64,000 nucleotides of DNA, from assembly GCA_027311385.1 (NCBI GenBank), contig DAICZA010000001.1:5271-69270 (forward strand), written 5' to 3'. The notes below the pieces were generated by a model that did no database searches, was not told the origin of the DNA, and saw nothing but the letters and a program-made list of their open reading frames with translations. Position 1 is the first letter of the stretch. Each line of letters starts with the position of its first letter. Origin of the DNA: a bacterium. GTDB taxonomy: Bacteria > Patescibacteriota > Minisyncoccia > Phycocordibacterales > Phycocordibacteraceae. Made by a program: the position numbers and the translations under genes. Below are positions 18,775 through 29,582 of this stretch, piece after piece.

Positions 18775-19616
18775 GGCACGGTAGACGTCGCCTGCGAAAG
18801 TTCGCCGACGAGTGCCTGGCCGCTGTCGCGCACGACGACCCACGACGCGGAGAAGAGATTGAACGCCGGCGTGATGCGGAGCGTGACCGAGGGCGACGAC
18901 GGGTCGCTGTCAATGCGCGCGACGCTCCCGATGGCGAGCATACCCGGGCCGGGACCAAAGACGCTTTCGCCGACCGCGATGTTTGCCGACCGCGCGATTG
19001 AAGCGCTCATCGCTCCCGCACCGGAGCCCGTAATGACGAGCGGGGTGCGCGCCTGCCCGACCCAGCCGGTGAACGTCATCCCCGGCGACGAGAACAGTGT
19101 CACGCGGGAGAAATCGCTCGTGACGAACGAAACGACGCCGACGGGTACGCCGCCGTCGCCGAACGCTTCCATCCCCACGGTGATGCCGGCGTTCGCGCCT
19201 TCGGCGAGCACGAGCGTGTCATACGGACTCTCGGGCGGACGGGCGACGACGCCGGCGAGAATGTGAGCGGCAGTCGTCTTCTCCGCTGCGGGTGCGCCAA
19301 GCAGGGCGCCGAGGTCCGCTACTTTCTGGAGAAGCGTTTGATTCTCGCTCGCGAGTGCCGCATTTTCGTTCTGCAACTTTTCATTTTGAAGTGCGAGGTC
19401 CGCCGTGTTGCCGAAACTGGAGAGGAACGCGCGGCTTCCTGCAGCAACGGAACCCGCGGCGCCGAAGACCGGCGTCATCATCCGCCAAAAGACGTTCGGT
19501 GCGAGCAGGCGCACAAAGAGGAACAGAAGTACGAACGCCAGCGCCAGCGCGCCCCATGACATACCCTCCGGCGTGAGGAGCGCGTTACGCCTCGTTAAGA
19601 ATATCCTCTTCATCAA
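18771..19616 (-). CDS. mreC: rod shape-determining protein MreC
   Basis: N-terminal TM, coiled coil (NEKLQNENAALASENQTLLQKVADL), beta-rich C-domain. Confidence 0.75.
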   Translation of the reverse strand: MMKRIFLTRRNALLTPEGMSWGALALAFVLLFLFVRLLAPNVFWRMMTPVFGAAGSVAAGSRAFLSSFGNTADLALQNEKLQNENAALASENQTLLQKVADLGALLGAPAAEKTTAAHILAGVVARPPESPYDTLVLAEGANAGITVGMEAFGDGGVPVGVVSFVTSDFSRVTLFSSPGMTFTGWVGQARTPLVITGSGAGAMSASIARSANIAVGESVFGPGPGMLAIGSVARIDSDPSSPSVTLRITPAFNLFSASWVVVRDSGQALVGELSQATSTVP

Positions 19617-20637
19617 TAAAGAAATCCGCGTACGGCTCGGGGTCTTCCGTCACGATGCCTGCGCCCCGCACGACCGCCGAGAGCGGGTCCGGCGCGACGC
19701 GGACCGGCACGCCGAGCATTTTCGCAAGCACCTGCGGAAGCCCGCGCAAAAGCGCACCGCCGCCGAAGACGGTGACGCCGTGTTGGAGTACGTCGGAGAG
19801 TAATTCCGGCGGTGTTGCTTCAATAACCTCCTTCATTGTGTCCATCAGTGCATCAAGCGAAGGCGCAAGCGCCTCGCGGATGTGCGCGTCGGTCAGTGTG
19901 ATTTCGCGCGGGAGCCCGGTCGCGAAATCGCGCCCGCGGACGCCCCGCGTGAGCGGCTCGGAGAGCGGGACAACGGCGCCAACCGCTATCTTCACATCCT
20001 CGGCGGTACGCTCGCCGATACCGAGCTTGAACTCGCTCCGCACGAAATCAATGATGTTTTCATTAAAACGGTCGCCGGCGACATGCGAACTCTTGGCGGC
20101 GACGACGCCCTTGAGCGCGATGACGGCGATGTCGGTCGTACCGCCGCCGATATCAAGCACCATCGTGCCAACCGCTTCCGTAATCGGAAGTTTCGCGCCG
20201 ATGGCGCCCGCGACCGTCTCCTCCAAGATTATCGCTTCGCGGGCGCCGGCGTTCTTCGCGGCGTCGCGCACCGCGCGGCTCTGCACATTGGTCACGCCGG
20301 TGGGCACGCCGATGACGACGCGCGGGCCGAAGAGCCGTACGCGGCCGTTCTGCGCCTTGTTGATGAGGTAGGTGAGGAACTCTTCCGTCACCTCAAAGTC
20401 GGAGATGACTCCGTGGGATAGCGGGCGGATGGTGCGAATGTGTGCGGGCGTTTTGCCGAGCATCGTCTTCGCCTCCTTCCCGACCGCGACCACTTGATGC
20501 GTCTTGTCATTGACCGCGACCACCGACGGCTCATTGATGACCACGCCCCGCCCGCGCACGTACACGAGCGTATTCGCGGTCCCGAGGTCAATCGCGATGT
20601 CGCTGGAGAAGAGCGCGTTCTTGGAGAAGCGGGGCAT
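19585..20637 (-). CDS. mreB: rod shape-determining protein MreB
   Basis: Actin-fold motifs IDLGTANTLVY, VVIGVPTGVTNVQSRAV, DIGGGTTDIAV. Confidence 0.9.
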   Translation of the reverse strand: MPRFSKNALFSSDIAIDLGTANTLVYVRGRGVVINEPSVVAVNDKTHQVVAVGKEAKTMLGKTPAHIRTIRPLSHGVISDFEVTEEFLTYLINKAQNGRVRLFGPRVVIGVPTGVTNVQSRAVRDAAKNAGAREAIILEETVAGAIGAKLPITEAVGTMVLDIGGGTTDIAVIALKGVVAAKSSHVAGDRFNENIIDFVRSEFKLGIGERTAEDVKIAVGAVVPLSEPLTRGVRGRDFATGLPREITLTDAHIREALAPSLDALMDTMKEVIEATPPELLSDVLQHGVTVFGGGALLRGLPQVLAKMLGVPVRVAPDPLSAVVRGAGIVTEDPEPYADFFIDEEDILNEA

Positions 20638-20640
20638 ACC

Positions 20641-21885
<1,245 letters not shown>

Positions 21886-21888
<3 letters not shown>

Positions 21889-21994
21889 CCCGTTAGAAGT
21901 CTTACTCATAGTCAAAAGTTATTACCGCGAATGTTTGCGTCGAAAGACCCTCGTTAGGTACTTGCCCTGGCCGCGGACTTCTAACGGGACTCAT
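21886..21994 (-). mobile_element. start-codon palindromic element, MITE-like copy 3 (109 bp) abutting proS start
   Basis: Termini ATGAG|TCCCGTTAGAAGTC ... GACTTCTAACGGGA|TGAG with TSD TGAG. Mini-ORF of about 30 codons ends at TAA 13 nt before the proS ATG. Confidence 0.55.
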
Positions 21995-22032
21995 GCGCCA
22001 CAGTATACGCCACCCTGCCAACTCGGCAAAAG

Positions 22033-23121
22033 CTATCCGACTATCTTAAAGATGTCGTGGGCGGTCACGACGACCATGAGGAGGATGAGGAAAACGAAGC
22101 CGACCATATTAAGGGATTGGGCGATGCGCGGCTTGATGGGGCGGCGGATGACGCTTTCAATGATGACGAAGAGGAGCCGGCCGCCGTCCAAGGCCGGAAT
22201 GGGGATGAGGTTGATGAGCGCGAGGTTGATGGAAATGAGCGCCATAATGGAGAGCAAGTCGCCGAAGCCCTGCGCCGAAGCACTCCCGACGACGCCCGCG
22301 ATGCCGACGGGACCCGAAACCTGCGAGAGATTCGCGGTAAGGGTGAAAACGCCGGAGAAGAAATGCCAGAGTCCCGCCGCAGTCAGCGCTGTGGCGCTCC
22401 ACGTGAGCGCCGCGCCCTCGGTGAGCGCCGTCCCGAGCGAGAGCGGCACGACGCCTACCGTCGCGACATCCACGCCGAGCGCATAGCGAAACGGGTCGTT
22501 GGGCACGACGCCTTCCGCGGGCGTCGCGGTTATCGTTTGCGGCTGTCCATTGCGCAACACCTCAAGCGTGATGGTCTCCCCGCCGCTCTGCGAGATAAAT
22601 GTGGTAAAGCTCGCGGGGTCGGTCGCACTCCACTGCCCTGCCGCGTCCGTTGCCCTCACAATGGCGTCGCCCGGGAGGAGTCCGGCGGAAGCGGCCGGCG
22701 AACCGGGAAGAATGTCCGCCGCCATAAGCTGCAGATTCTGCGCGTGCGGGAGCTCGTTCGCTGATAATGCACGCGGTGTGCCGGCGACCAGCGCGCCCGT
22801 GATGAGCACGTACGCAAAGAGGAGGTTCATCGCGATGCCGGCCACGAGCACGAGCGCCTGCAGGATGTGCGGACGCCGCGAGAACGCGCGCGGGCCGGTC
22901 GCGTCATTATCTTCGCCATAAATCTTCACGAAGCCGCCAAACGGCAGCCAGTTGAGCGTATAGGTCGTCTCGCCTATCTTTCCGAGCACGGCCGCGCGCG
23001 GCGGATAGCCGAGCCCGAATTCATCCACGCGCATACCCGAGAGCTTCGCTACGACGAAGTGCCCGAACTCGTGCACCACGATGAGCGCGACGATGACCGC
23101 GATGAAAATAACAACGCTCAT
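22033..23121 (-). CDS. rseP: RIP zinc metalloprotease RseP (site-2 protease)
   Basis: HEFGHFVVAK (HExxH) in TM1, PDZ domain, C-terminal LDGG motif. Confidence 0.85.
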   Translation of the reverse strand: MSVVIFIAVIVALIVVHEFGHFVVAKLSGMRVDEFGLGYPPRAAVLGKIGETTYTLNWLPFGGFVKIYGEDNDATGPRAFSRRPHILQALVLVAGIAMNLLFAYVLITGALVAGTPRALSANELPHAQNLQLMAADILPGSPAASAGLLPGDAIVRATDAAGQWSATDPASFTTFISQSGGETITLEVLRNGQPQTITATPAEGVVPNDPFRYALGVDVATVGVVPLSLGTALTEGAALTWSATALTAAGLWHFFSGVFTLTANLSQVSGPVGIAGVVGSASAQGFGDLLSIMALISINLALINLIPIPALDGGRLLFVIIESVIRRPIKPRIAQSLNMVGFVFLILLMVVVTAHDIFKIVG

Positions 23122-23669
23122 TGGGCGATTTCTTCTTCTTTCCGTTCCAGAGTCTTCAACAGCGCCTCGTTGCCCGCGTCAATGAGTTTCTGTATCTCGC
23201 CTTTCAACCGTTTTACTTCGTCTTCGCCCATGCCGCCGGCCTTTTCCGCCGCTTCAAGCGCTTTCAAGGCGTCGGTGCGGTGCGCGCGGAGCGTGACCTT
23301 CGCTTGTTCGGTCTTATCGCCCGCAATCTTTGAGAGTTGAGTGCGCCGCTCGCTGGTCAGCTCCGGGAACGAGATGCGCAGACCCTGGTCGTCGGTAGAA
23401 ACGCCGACGCCGAGATTCGCGTCGGTAATACCCTTCTCTATCGCTTTCAGGAGCCCTTTGTCCCACGGGATGACGCGGAGCGTGCGCGCGTCCTCTACCG
23501 ATACGCTCCCGAGCTCGCGAAGCGCCGTGCGCGTGCCGTAAGCCTCGGGCTTCACGCCGTCAAGCAATGTGGGCGTCGCACGGCCGGTGCGCACACCGGA
23601 GAGCTCGCGCGCGAGCCATTCCTCGGTCTCTTTAATCTGCTCGTTTAATTTTGAAAAGTCGTAGGCCAT
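23118..23669 (-). CDS. frr: ribosome recycling factor
   Basis: 183 aa, full-length RRF similarity (RTGRATPTLLDGV...). Confidence 0.9.
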   Translation of the reverse strand: MAYDFSKLNEQIKETEEWLARELSGVRTGRATPTLLDGVKPEAYGTRTALRELGSVSVEDARTLRVIPWDKGLLKAIEKGITDANLGVGVSTDDQGLRISFPELTSERRTQLSKIAGDKTEQAKVTLRAHRTDALKALEAAEKAGGMGEDEVKRLKGEIQKLIDAGNEALLKTLERKEEEIAQ

Positions 23670-23676
23670 ACCTCCA

Positions 23677-24417
23677 TCATACCAAATCCTTCGGCATAAC
23701 CAGCGAAAGATGCTCCAGAATCATCCGGACCGGCGCACTGCGGTCGTGGAGACTGCTCCGCAGGAGCGCGATGTCGGACAGGAGCGCGGCGGCTCCGCCG
23801 CCGCGCGTGAGCTTCGCGTATGCCGCCGCCTCAATGCCGTTGACGATTGCGAGCGCCTCCTCGCGGTTCTCACGCCGTTCTTCCTCGTCTTTCCCACTCG
23901 TGAGTTTCTTAATGAGCGCGCTCCGTTTCTCTTTGCTCGCTTTCATAAATGCTTCCGCCGCTTCAGGTATCGCCCTCTTTGGCCGGCCGGATACGGATAG
24001 TGAGATTTCTTGAACGCGGGAACGGAGCGTCGGGAGCAATCCGCCCAGGGTCGGCATAACGAGAAACAGGTATGCGCCTTCCGGCGGCTCCTCAAAGAGT
24101 TTCAGAAGCGCGTTCTGCGCTTCGTGATACGTACGGGAAGCCGCGATGATGATGACTTTCGTATCGCCGGCAAATGCGACCCCCGCGGCAAGTTCAGAAA
24201 CTCGCCGCGCATCCTCCACCGACAGGAGTCCGTACCGGAGCACGATGACATCCGGGTTCCCCTGCGCCCGCATCCCCAGCTCTTTCTCCGCCCACGCCTG
24301 CGCGGTTTTAATTCCCTCCTCCGCTTCCGCTTCAATGACAAATGCGTGGTGCCGAAGGTCCTGAGCAGAAGCGAAGGGCTGCATGAGGTGATTATACCGC
24401 GAAGCGAGCAATACCAT
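23677..24417 (-). CDS. holB: DNA polymerase III delta' subunit-like protein
   Basis: LLKLFEEPPEGAYLFLV motif typical of delta'/clamp-loader sensor region; N-terminal P-loop degenerate. Confidence 0.55.
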   Translation of the reverse strand: MVLLASRYNHLMQPFASAQDLRHHAFVIEAEAEEGIKTAQAWAEKELGMRAQGNPDVIVLRYGLLSVEDARRVSELAAGVAFAGDTKVIIIAASRTYHEAQNALLKLFEEPPEGAYLFLVMPTLGGLLPTLRSRVQEISLSVSGRPKRAIPEAAEAFMKASKEKRSALIKKLTSGKDEEERRENREEALAIVNGIEAAAYAKLTRGGGAAALLSDIALLRSSLHDRSAPVRMILEHLSLVMPKDLV

Positions 24418-24553
24418 TTTGGAAGCTCTCGGAGGCGAAGCGAAAAGGCCGCAGATGCAAGGCGCGGACGAGGAGCGGAGCGAGCCGTACTAAAACGGTA
24501 CGGTGAGCGAGCGCCGGAGCCCGCAACGCAGCAGGTGTGACCTTTTCGCGAGA

Positions 24554-25579
24554 CTATTGTTTCGCCAAAATACTTTTCTGGTACGTATCCAAATGCTTCA
24601 GTGCGATGCCGGTGCCCCGCGAGACGCAGTAGTACGGGTCGTTCGCGAGCTTGGCGACGACGCCGGTGCGGCGGTAGACAAGCTCGGGCATCTGGCGGAG
24701 CTGAGACGAGCCGCCGGTGAGGATGATGCCGTTATCAATGATGTCGGCGGCGAGCTCTGGCGGCGTGTCCTGGAGCACCTTGCGGATGGCCTGCGTCATC
24801 TCGCGCAATTCGCGTGACATCGCCTGCACGAGGTCGTTCGTGGAAAGGTCCACCGTGCGCGGGAGCCCGCTTAAGAGGTCGCGCCCTTTAACCGGCAGGG
24901 AGAGCTCTTCGTTCATCGGCACCGCCGAACCGACTTTTATCTTCACTTCTTCGGCGGTCTTGTCGCCGATGGCGAGATTGTGCGCCTTCTTCACGTGGTC
25001 AATGATGGCGCGGTCCAGCCGGTCGCCGGCGCACTTCACGCTCGTAGACGCGACGATGCCGCCGAGCGAAATCACGGCGACGTCAATCGTCCCGCCGCCG
25101 ATGTCTGCGATCATACGCCCCATCGGCTCGTGGATGGAGATGCCGGCGCCGATGGCGGCGAGAATCGGCTCCTTCACCACGTACGCATTCTTCGCGCCCG
25201 CTTTCAGCGTCGCTTCAATGACCGCGCGCTTCTCGGTGGACGTCACGCCCGCCGGCACCGACACCAGCACCGTCGGCTTGAACGGGTTCCCTTTGAGCGC
25301 CTTGCGTATGAAATAGCGGAGCATCGCTTCGGTGACGCGGTAGTCCGCGATGACGCCGTCCTTCATCGGGCGGTACGCGATGATGTCGTCCGGCGTCCGG
25401 CCGACCATCTGCTTGGCCTCCGCGCCGATGGCGAGAATTTTGTTGCCGCCGTGCTTACCGTGCGCCTTGCCCACCGCCACCACCGACGGCTCGTTGATGA
25501 CGACGCCTTTCCCGGGCACGAAAACCAGGACATTCGTGGTGCCGAGGTCAATGCCGAGTTTGGGAGAAAAGAAGGACAT
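24554..25579 (-). CDS. MreB/Mbl-like actin homolog (second paralog)
   Basis: IDLGTTNVLVF, DIGGGTIDVAV; start set at MSFFSPKLG. The 67-aa upstream extension in the track ORF is likely spurious. Confidence 0.8.
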   Translation of the reverse strand: MSFFSPKLGIDLGTTNVLVFVPGKGVVINEPSVVAVGKAHGKHGGNKILAIGAEAKQMVGRTPDDIIAYRPMKDGVIADYRVTEAMLRYFIRKALKGNPFKPTVLVSVPAGVTSTEKRAVIEATLKAGAKNAYVVKEPILAAIGAGISIHEPMGRMIADIGGGTIDVAVISLGGIVASTSVKCAGDRLDRAIIDHVKKAHNLAIGDKTAEEVKIKVGSAVPMNEELSLPVKGRDLLSGLPRTVDLSTNDLVQAMSRELREMTQAIRKVLQDTPPELAADIIDNGIILTGGSSQLRQMPELVYRRTGVVAKLANDPYYCVSRGTGIALKHLDTYQKSILAKQ

Positions 25580-25635
25580 ACCGCCTATAGTATCGCCCCT
25601 CGTGTCCCCATGCAAAGTTTTCTCGCAAGATGGTA

Positions 25636-26956
25636 CGATGGCCGTATGCAAGGAGAGATGAATTTCGTCATTGACGGCGGTAGGCCGCTTTCGGGCACGG
25701 TGGAAACGAGCCGCTCCAAGAACGGCGCCGTCGCGCTTCTCGCCGCTTCGCTCCTCAACAAAGGCCGCACGACGCTCCACCGCGTGCCGAAAATAGAAGA
25801 AGTGAACCGGCTCATTGAGGTGCTTCGCTCAATCGGGGTCGGCGTTGAATGGGAGGGCTCAAGTCTCGTCATCACGCCATCCGAAAAAATCGACGTCGGC
25901 CTCATTGACCGAGCGGCGGCAACCAAAACACGCAGTATCCTGATGTTCATCGGCCCTTTGATTCACTTGTTTAACGATTTTGAATTGCCGCAGTCGGGCG
26001 GCTGTACGCTCGGCCTGCGCTCCATCCGCCAGCACCTATGGGTGCTGGAGAAGTTTGGCGTCACCATAGAGACGCTAACCGACCGCTACCACATCCGTCA
26101 TGACGGGCTCAAAAGCGCGACGGCGATTCTCTACGAGGCGAGCGACACCGCGACCGAAAACGCGTTGTTCGCCGCCGCAAAAATCCCCGGCACGTCCGTC
26201 ATTAAATACGCATCCGCCAATTACCAGGTGCAGGAGGTGTGCGGCTTCCTGCGGGCGCTCGGCGTGAAGATTGGGGGCGTCGGCACCAGCACGCTAACCG
26301 TCACGGGCGTCAAAGACATTAATCAAGACATTGCATACTCAGTGGCCGAGGACCCGACCGACTCGATGTTTTTCATCACCGCCGCCATCGCGACCAAAAG
26401 CGCGCTCACCATCACGAAGGCGCCGATTGAATTCCTGGAAGTGGAACTGTTCGTACTTGAGAAAATGGGCCTGCAATTCTCCGTTACCGACGCGGGCGTT
26501 TCAGAAAACGGCATCACCAAACTTGCCGACATCCACATCAGGCCGTCGGAACTGGTCGCCTTCCCGGAAAAAATCCACGCGCGCCCCTACCCCGCGCTCA
26601 ACATTGATAACCTGCCGTTCTTCGCCGTCATCGCCACCCAGGCGCAGGGGACGACGCTCATCCACGACTGGTCGTACGAGAAGCGCGCGATTTATTACAC
26701 CGAACTGGACCGCCTCGGCGCCATCACCAACCTCCACGATCCGCACCGCATTTCCATCGAGGGGCGCCGCGAGCTTAAAGCTGCCGAGGTCATCTGCCCG
26801 CCCGCGCTCCGGCCCGCGACCATCATCCTCGTCGCAATGCTTGGCGCAAAAGGCCGCTCCATGCTCCGAAATGTGTACAGCATCAACCGCGGCTACGAGA
26901 ACATCGTCCGCCGCCTGCAGGAACTCGGCGCGTCCATTGAGGCGCACACGGGCTAA
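25636..26956 (+). CDS. murA: UDP-N-acetylglucosamine 1-carboxyvinyltransferase-like (MurA/EPSP-synthase fold)
   Basis: Real gene is the C-terminal ~440 aa of track ORF 24980..26956, with full-length MurA-like similarity (ISGAKNAAL-like NGAVALLAASLL, inside-out alpha/beta repeats). Confidence 0.7.
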
Positions 26957-26967
26957 CCGCGCCGACT

Positions 26968-27261
26968 ATGAAATCAATCCGCGACATTCTCCCCGAGTTT
27001 GAGAAAAAAGCGGCGGCGGCACCGAAGGGACGGAAGCGCCAGACCGAGCGCGGCGAGCTGATGCGGTTTTTCCTGCGCCACTTGAACTACTCCCGCAAAC
27101 AGGACGGCCTCCCGCCGATGACGATGGCGCACCTCGGCACCGTGCTGGAGCAAATCCCGACACAGGACTTGTACTATCTGAAAAGCGTCTGCAGTCAGGC
27201 GAAAAACTTCGGCAAAAAGTTCTGGTGGGAACTGGATCCGGCCAAGCACCCGCCGCGCTGA
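26968..27261 (+). CDS. hypothetical protein
   Basis: 97-aa basic ORF. Confidence 0.35.
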   Translation: MKSIRDILPEFEKKAAAAPKGRKRQTERGELMRFFLRHLNYSRKQDGLPPMTMAHLGTVLEQIPTQDLYYLKSVCSQAKNFGKKFWWELDPAKHPPR

Positions 27262-27282
27262 TTTTTTGGTATACTCCGCCAC

Positions 27283-27407
27283 ATGAATCCCGTTAGAGAT
27301 AGCGGGCACGGCTCGCAGGGTCGATTACCTGCCGTTATTACCAATGATAACCTCGATAGGTGTTCGCGGCGTACTTTATACGCTCGTACCCTATCTCTAA
27401 CGGGATG
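27283..27407 (+). mobile_element. start-codon palindromic element, MITE-like copy 4 (125 bp) abutting def start
   Basis: 16-bp perfect terminal inverted repeat ATCCCGTTAGAGATAG/CTATCTCTAACGGGAT with TSD TGAA. 41-codon stop-free mini-ORF (MNPVRDSG...RTLSLTG) ends with TGA overlapping the def ATG (ATGA). Confidence 0.65.
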
Positions 27408-27944
27408 AAAGACATCGTACAAGACGGGGCGGAGGTGTTGCGGGATATCGCGAAGCCGGTGCCGGAGGAGCTGTTCGGCTCCGCGGAACTCGCGACGCTT
27501 ATCGCGGATATGACCAAAGCACTTGATAAGGAGCTTGAGGGCGTCGCGCTCGCCGCGCCGCAGGTTGGTGTGTCCTACCGTCTCTTCATCGTGCGGAAAG
27601 ACCGCACCCTGCCTCCCCCGCCGGAAGCTACGGAAGGTGCCGCGCTACCGCCCCCGCCGCCGCCCGAAGTGGAGGTGTACATCAATCCCGAAATCGTAAA
27701 GACCTCCCGCAAACGCGCCCGCGCCGACGAAGGGTGCCTCTCGGTGCGCGGCGTCTACGGCACGACGAATCGGCACGAACGCGTCACCATCCGCGCACGC
27801 CGCCCGGACGGTTCCCGAATTGAACGCGGCGCCGGCGGCTTGATGGCGCAGATATTTGAGCACGAGATAGACCACTTAAACGGCATTCTCTTCATTGACC
27901 ACGCCGAGCACCTCATCCAGATCCACCATGCCGCAACCGCATAA
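27405..27944 (+). CDS. def: peptide deformylase (with Pro-rich insertion)
   Basis: GVALAAPQVG, EGCLSV, HEIDHLNG motifs; insert TLPPPPEATEGAALPPPPPPEV. Confidence 0.9.
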   Translation: MKDIVQDGAEVLRDIAKPVPEELFGSAELATLIADMTKALDKELEGVALAAPQVGVSYRLFIVRKDRTLPPPPEATEGAALPPPPPPEVEVYINPEIVKTSRKRARADEGCLSVRGVYGTTNRHERVTIRARRPDGSRIERGAGGLMAQIFEHEIDHLNGILFIDHAEHLIQIHHAATA

Positions 27945-28752
27945 GTTTGTATTTTTCGGGACACCGAAAGTTGCGAGCGAGACGCTCGCGACGCTTCTCG
28001 CGCGCGAGTTCGTTCCCGCACTCGTGGTGACGTCGCCGGACGCGCCGCAAGGGCGCGGCCTCGCACTGACTCCCTCGCCGGTTCGGGTGCTGGCCGAGGA
28101 GCACACCATCCCCGTTCTCACACCGGAGACCCTTGGTGCCGAGACGATTTCCGCCATCCGCGCGCACGGGTGCGACTACGCCGTCGTCGTCGCGTACGGA
28201 AAAATATTCCCGGAAGAACTCATTTCAGTATTCCCGAAAGGCGTCCTCAACGTGCACTATTCGCTCCTGCCGAAATACCGCGGCGCGACACCGCTTGAAG
28301 CCGCATTGCTCGCGGGCGAGCGCGAAACCGGCGTGACCGTCCAGAAAATGGCGCGGGAACTGGACGCGGGCGACATCGTCGCACAGGAAGCGACGCCTAT
28401 CGCGCCGGACGAGACCGCCCGCGAGCTGCGGCCCCGGCTCATCGCACTCGGCGCACAATTACTTGCCGACACGCTCCCCGCATTTGAGCGGGGTGACCTC
28501 GCCCCGACAGTGCAAGACGCGTCGCGCGCGACGCACTCGCACAAATTAAAAAAAGAAGACGGTCTTCTTGAACTCAGCGCGCCCGCCGAGGAGAACTGGA
28601 ACAAGTACCGCGCCTACGCCGACAGCATCGGCACGTATTTCTTTGAAAACGGGAAGCGGATGAAAATAACGAGTGCGGAATTCGCCCAGGGTGTTTTCCG
28701 CGTCCTGCGCGTCATCCCCGAAGGGAAAAAAGAAACCGCGTACCGCGCCTAG
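27928..28752 (+). CDS. fmt: methionyl-tRNA formyltransferase
   Basis: FVFFGTP..., NVHYSLLPKYRGATP, C-terminal domain; overlaps def by 17 nt. Confidence 0.9.
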   Translation: MPQPHKFVFFGTPKVASETLATLLAREFVPALVVTSPDAPQGRGLALTPSPVRVLAEEHTIPVLTPETLGAETISAIRAHGCDYAVVVAYGKIFPEELISVFPKGVLNVHYSLLPKYRGATPLEAALLAGERETGVTVQKMARELDAGDIVAQEATPIAPDETARELRPRLIALGAQLLADTLPAFERGDLAPTVQDASRATHSHKLKKEDGLLELSAPAEENWNKYRAYADSIGTYFFENGKRMKITSAEFAQGVFRVLRVIPEGKKETAYRA

Positions 28753-29111
28753 CGGTCGCGGCGGAGCATATTCTTAATTGCGGAGCTGCCGCGCTTCCAG
28801 AGCCGGCGCGTGCGCCCGCGCGAGCGCCGTATCTCCGCCTCCAGCTGGCTCCTGACCCGGTCGGCGGCGCTCTCGGGAGTCGGCTTCACCGCCTCGGCAT
28901 GGAATACCGTGTCATTGATGACGAGCCGTGCGACGAGACGGCACGGCTCCGACGAGCGCCCCTCCGGCGGCGCTTCCTCCACTTCTATTTCAAGCAATGC
29001 ATTCTCCTTCTCGTCGCCGAGCAGGCGCAGCGGGGCCGCGAGCTTCTCCTCTACCAATGCTTCCGTCTCAGGCGAGAGGTGATACTTCGTTGCTTTGATA
29101 GTGATGTTCAT
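28749..29111 (-). CDS. hpf: ribosome hibernation promoting factor / RaiA family
   Basis: MNITIKATKYHLSPETEALVEEKL... typical HPF/YfiA fold. Confidence 0.7.
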   Translation of the reverse strand: MNITIKATKYHLSPETEALVEEKLAAPLRLLGDEKENALLEIEVEEAPPEGRSSEPCRLVARLVINDTVFHAEAVKPTPESAADRVRSQLEAEIRRSRGRTRRLWKRGSSAIKNMLRRDR

Positions 29112-29232
29112 CCCGTTAGAGGTAGGAAATCGGAGATTTCCGTACGATTATTGATAATGGTTTTCACCCACTGTCACATAGTTTACCACAAGACCTTAAT
29201 TACCCAAGGTTTTGACCTCTAACGGGATTCAT
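29109..29232 (-). mobile_element. start-codon palindromic element, MITE-like copy 5 (124 bp) abutting hpf start
   Basis: Termini ATGAA|TCCCGTTAGAGGT ... ACCTCTAACGGGA|TGAA with TSD TGAA; mini-ORF interrupted by TAA at codon 11 (degenerate copy). Confidence 0.55.
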
Positions 29233-29242
29233 AGGCAGGAGG

Positions 29243-29461
29243 TCAGCTACTAATGCTTACCATCTTAGCCCGAGAATGATGTCCTGTCAGTATGCGCACT
29301 GCGCCAACCGGCTTCCCGACGCGGAGCGCGACGAGCTCGCGCACGCGGGTGTTCGCGCGGTTCTGCGCTGCCGGCTCGCGGACCGCTATGAGGAGGGTCT
29401 CGCCTTTTTCTTCCACCCTCTCGCGCTTCGCGCCCGGTGTGACGAAGATTTTTATAAACAT
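29243..29461 (-). CDS. DUF167 (YggU) family protein
   Basis: MFIKIFVTPGAKRERV...GKANxxL-like pattern; start at the ATG regenerated by element copy 6. Confidence 0.7.
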   Translation of the reverse strand: MFIKIFVTPGAKRERVEEKGETLLIAVREPAAQNRANTRVRELVALRVGKPVGAVRILTGHHSRAKMVSISS

Positions 29462-29582
29462 CCCGTTAGAGACAGGGTACGGAATCTCCCTGTACGGCCG
29501 TCTTATTCGGCTTCGCACTCGACCTTATGAATATATGCATGGTGTCCATATTACCGTACTCGCTGTCTCTAACGGGAAACAT
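29459..29582 (-). mobile_element. start-codon palindromic element, MITE-like copy 6 (124 bp) between grx stop and DUF167 start
   Basis: Termini ATGTT|TCCCGTTAGAGACAG ... CTGTCTCTAACGGGA|TGTT with TSD TGTT. grx TAA overlaps the mini-ORF ATG (TAATG). 37-codon stop-free mini-ORF ends at TAA 4 nt before the DUF167 ATG. Confidence 0.6.

Noticed and set aside
24980-25635. First ~218 aa of ORF 24980..26956
   Set aside because: Overlaps the mreB-paralog on the opposite strand and has no MurA similarity; the real murA begins near 25636.
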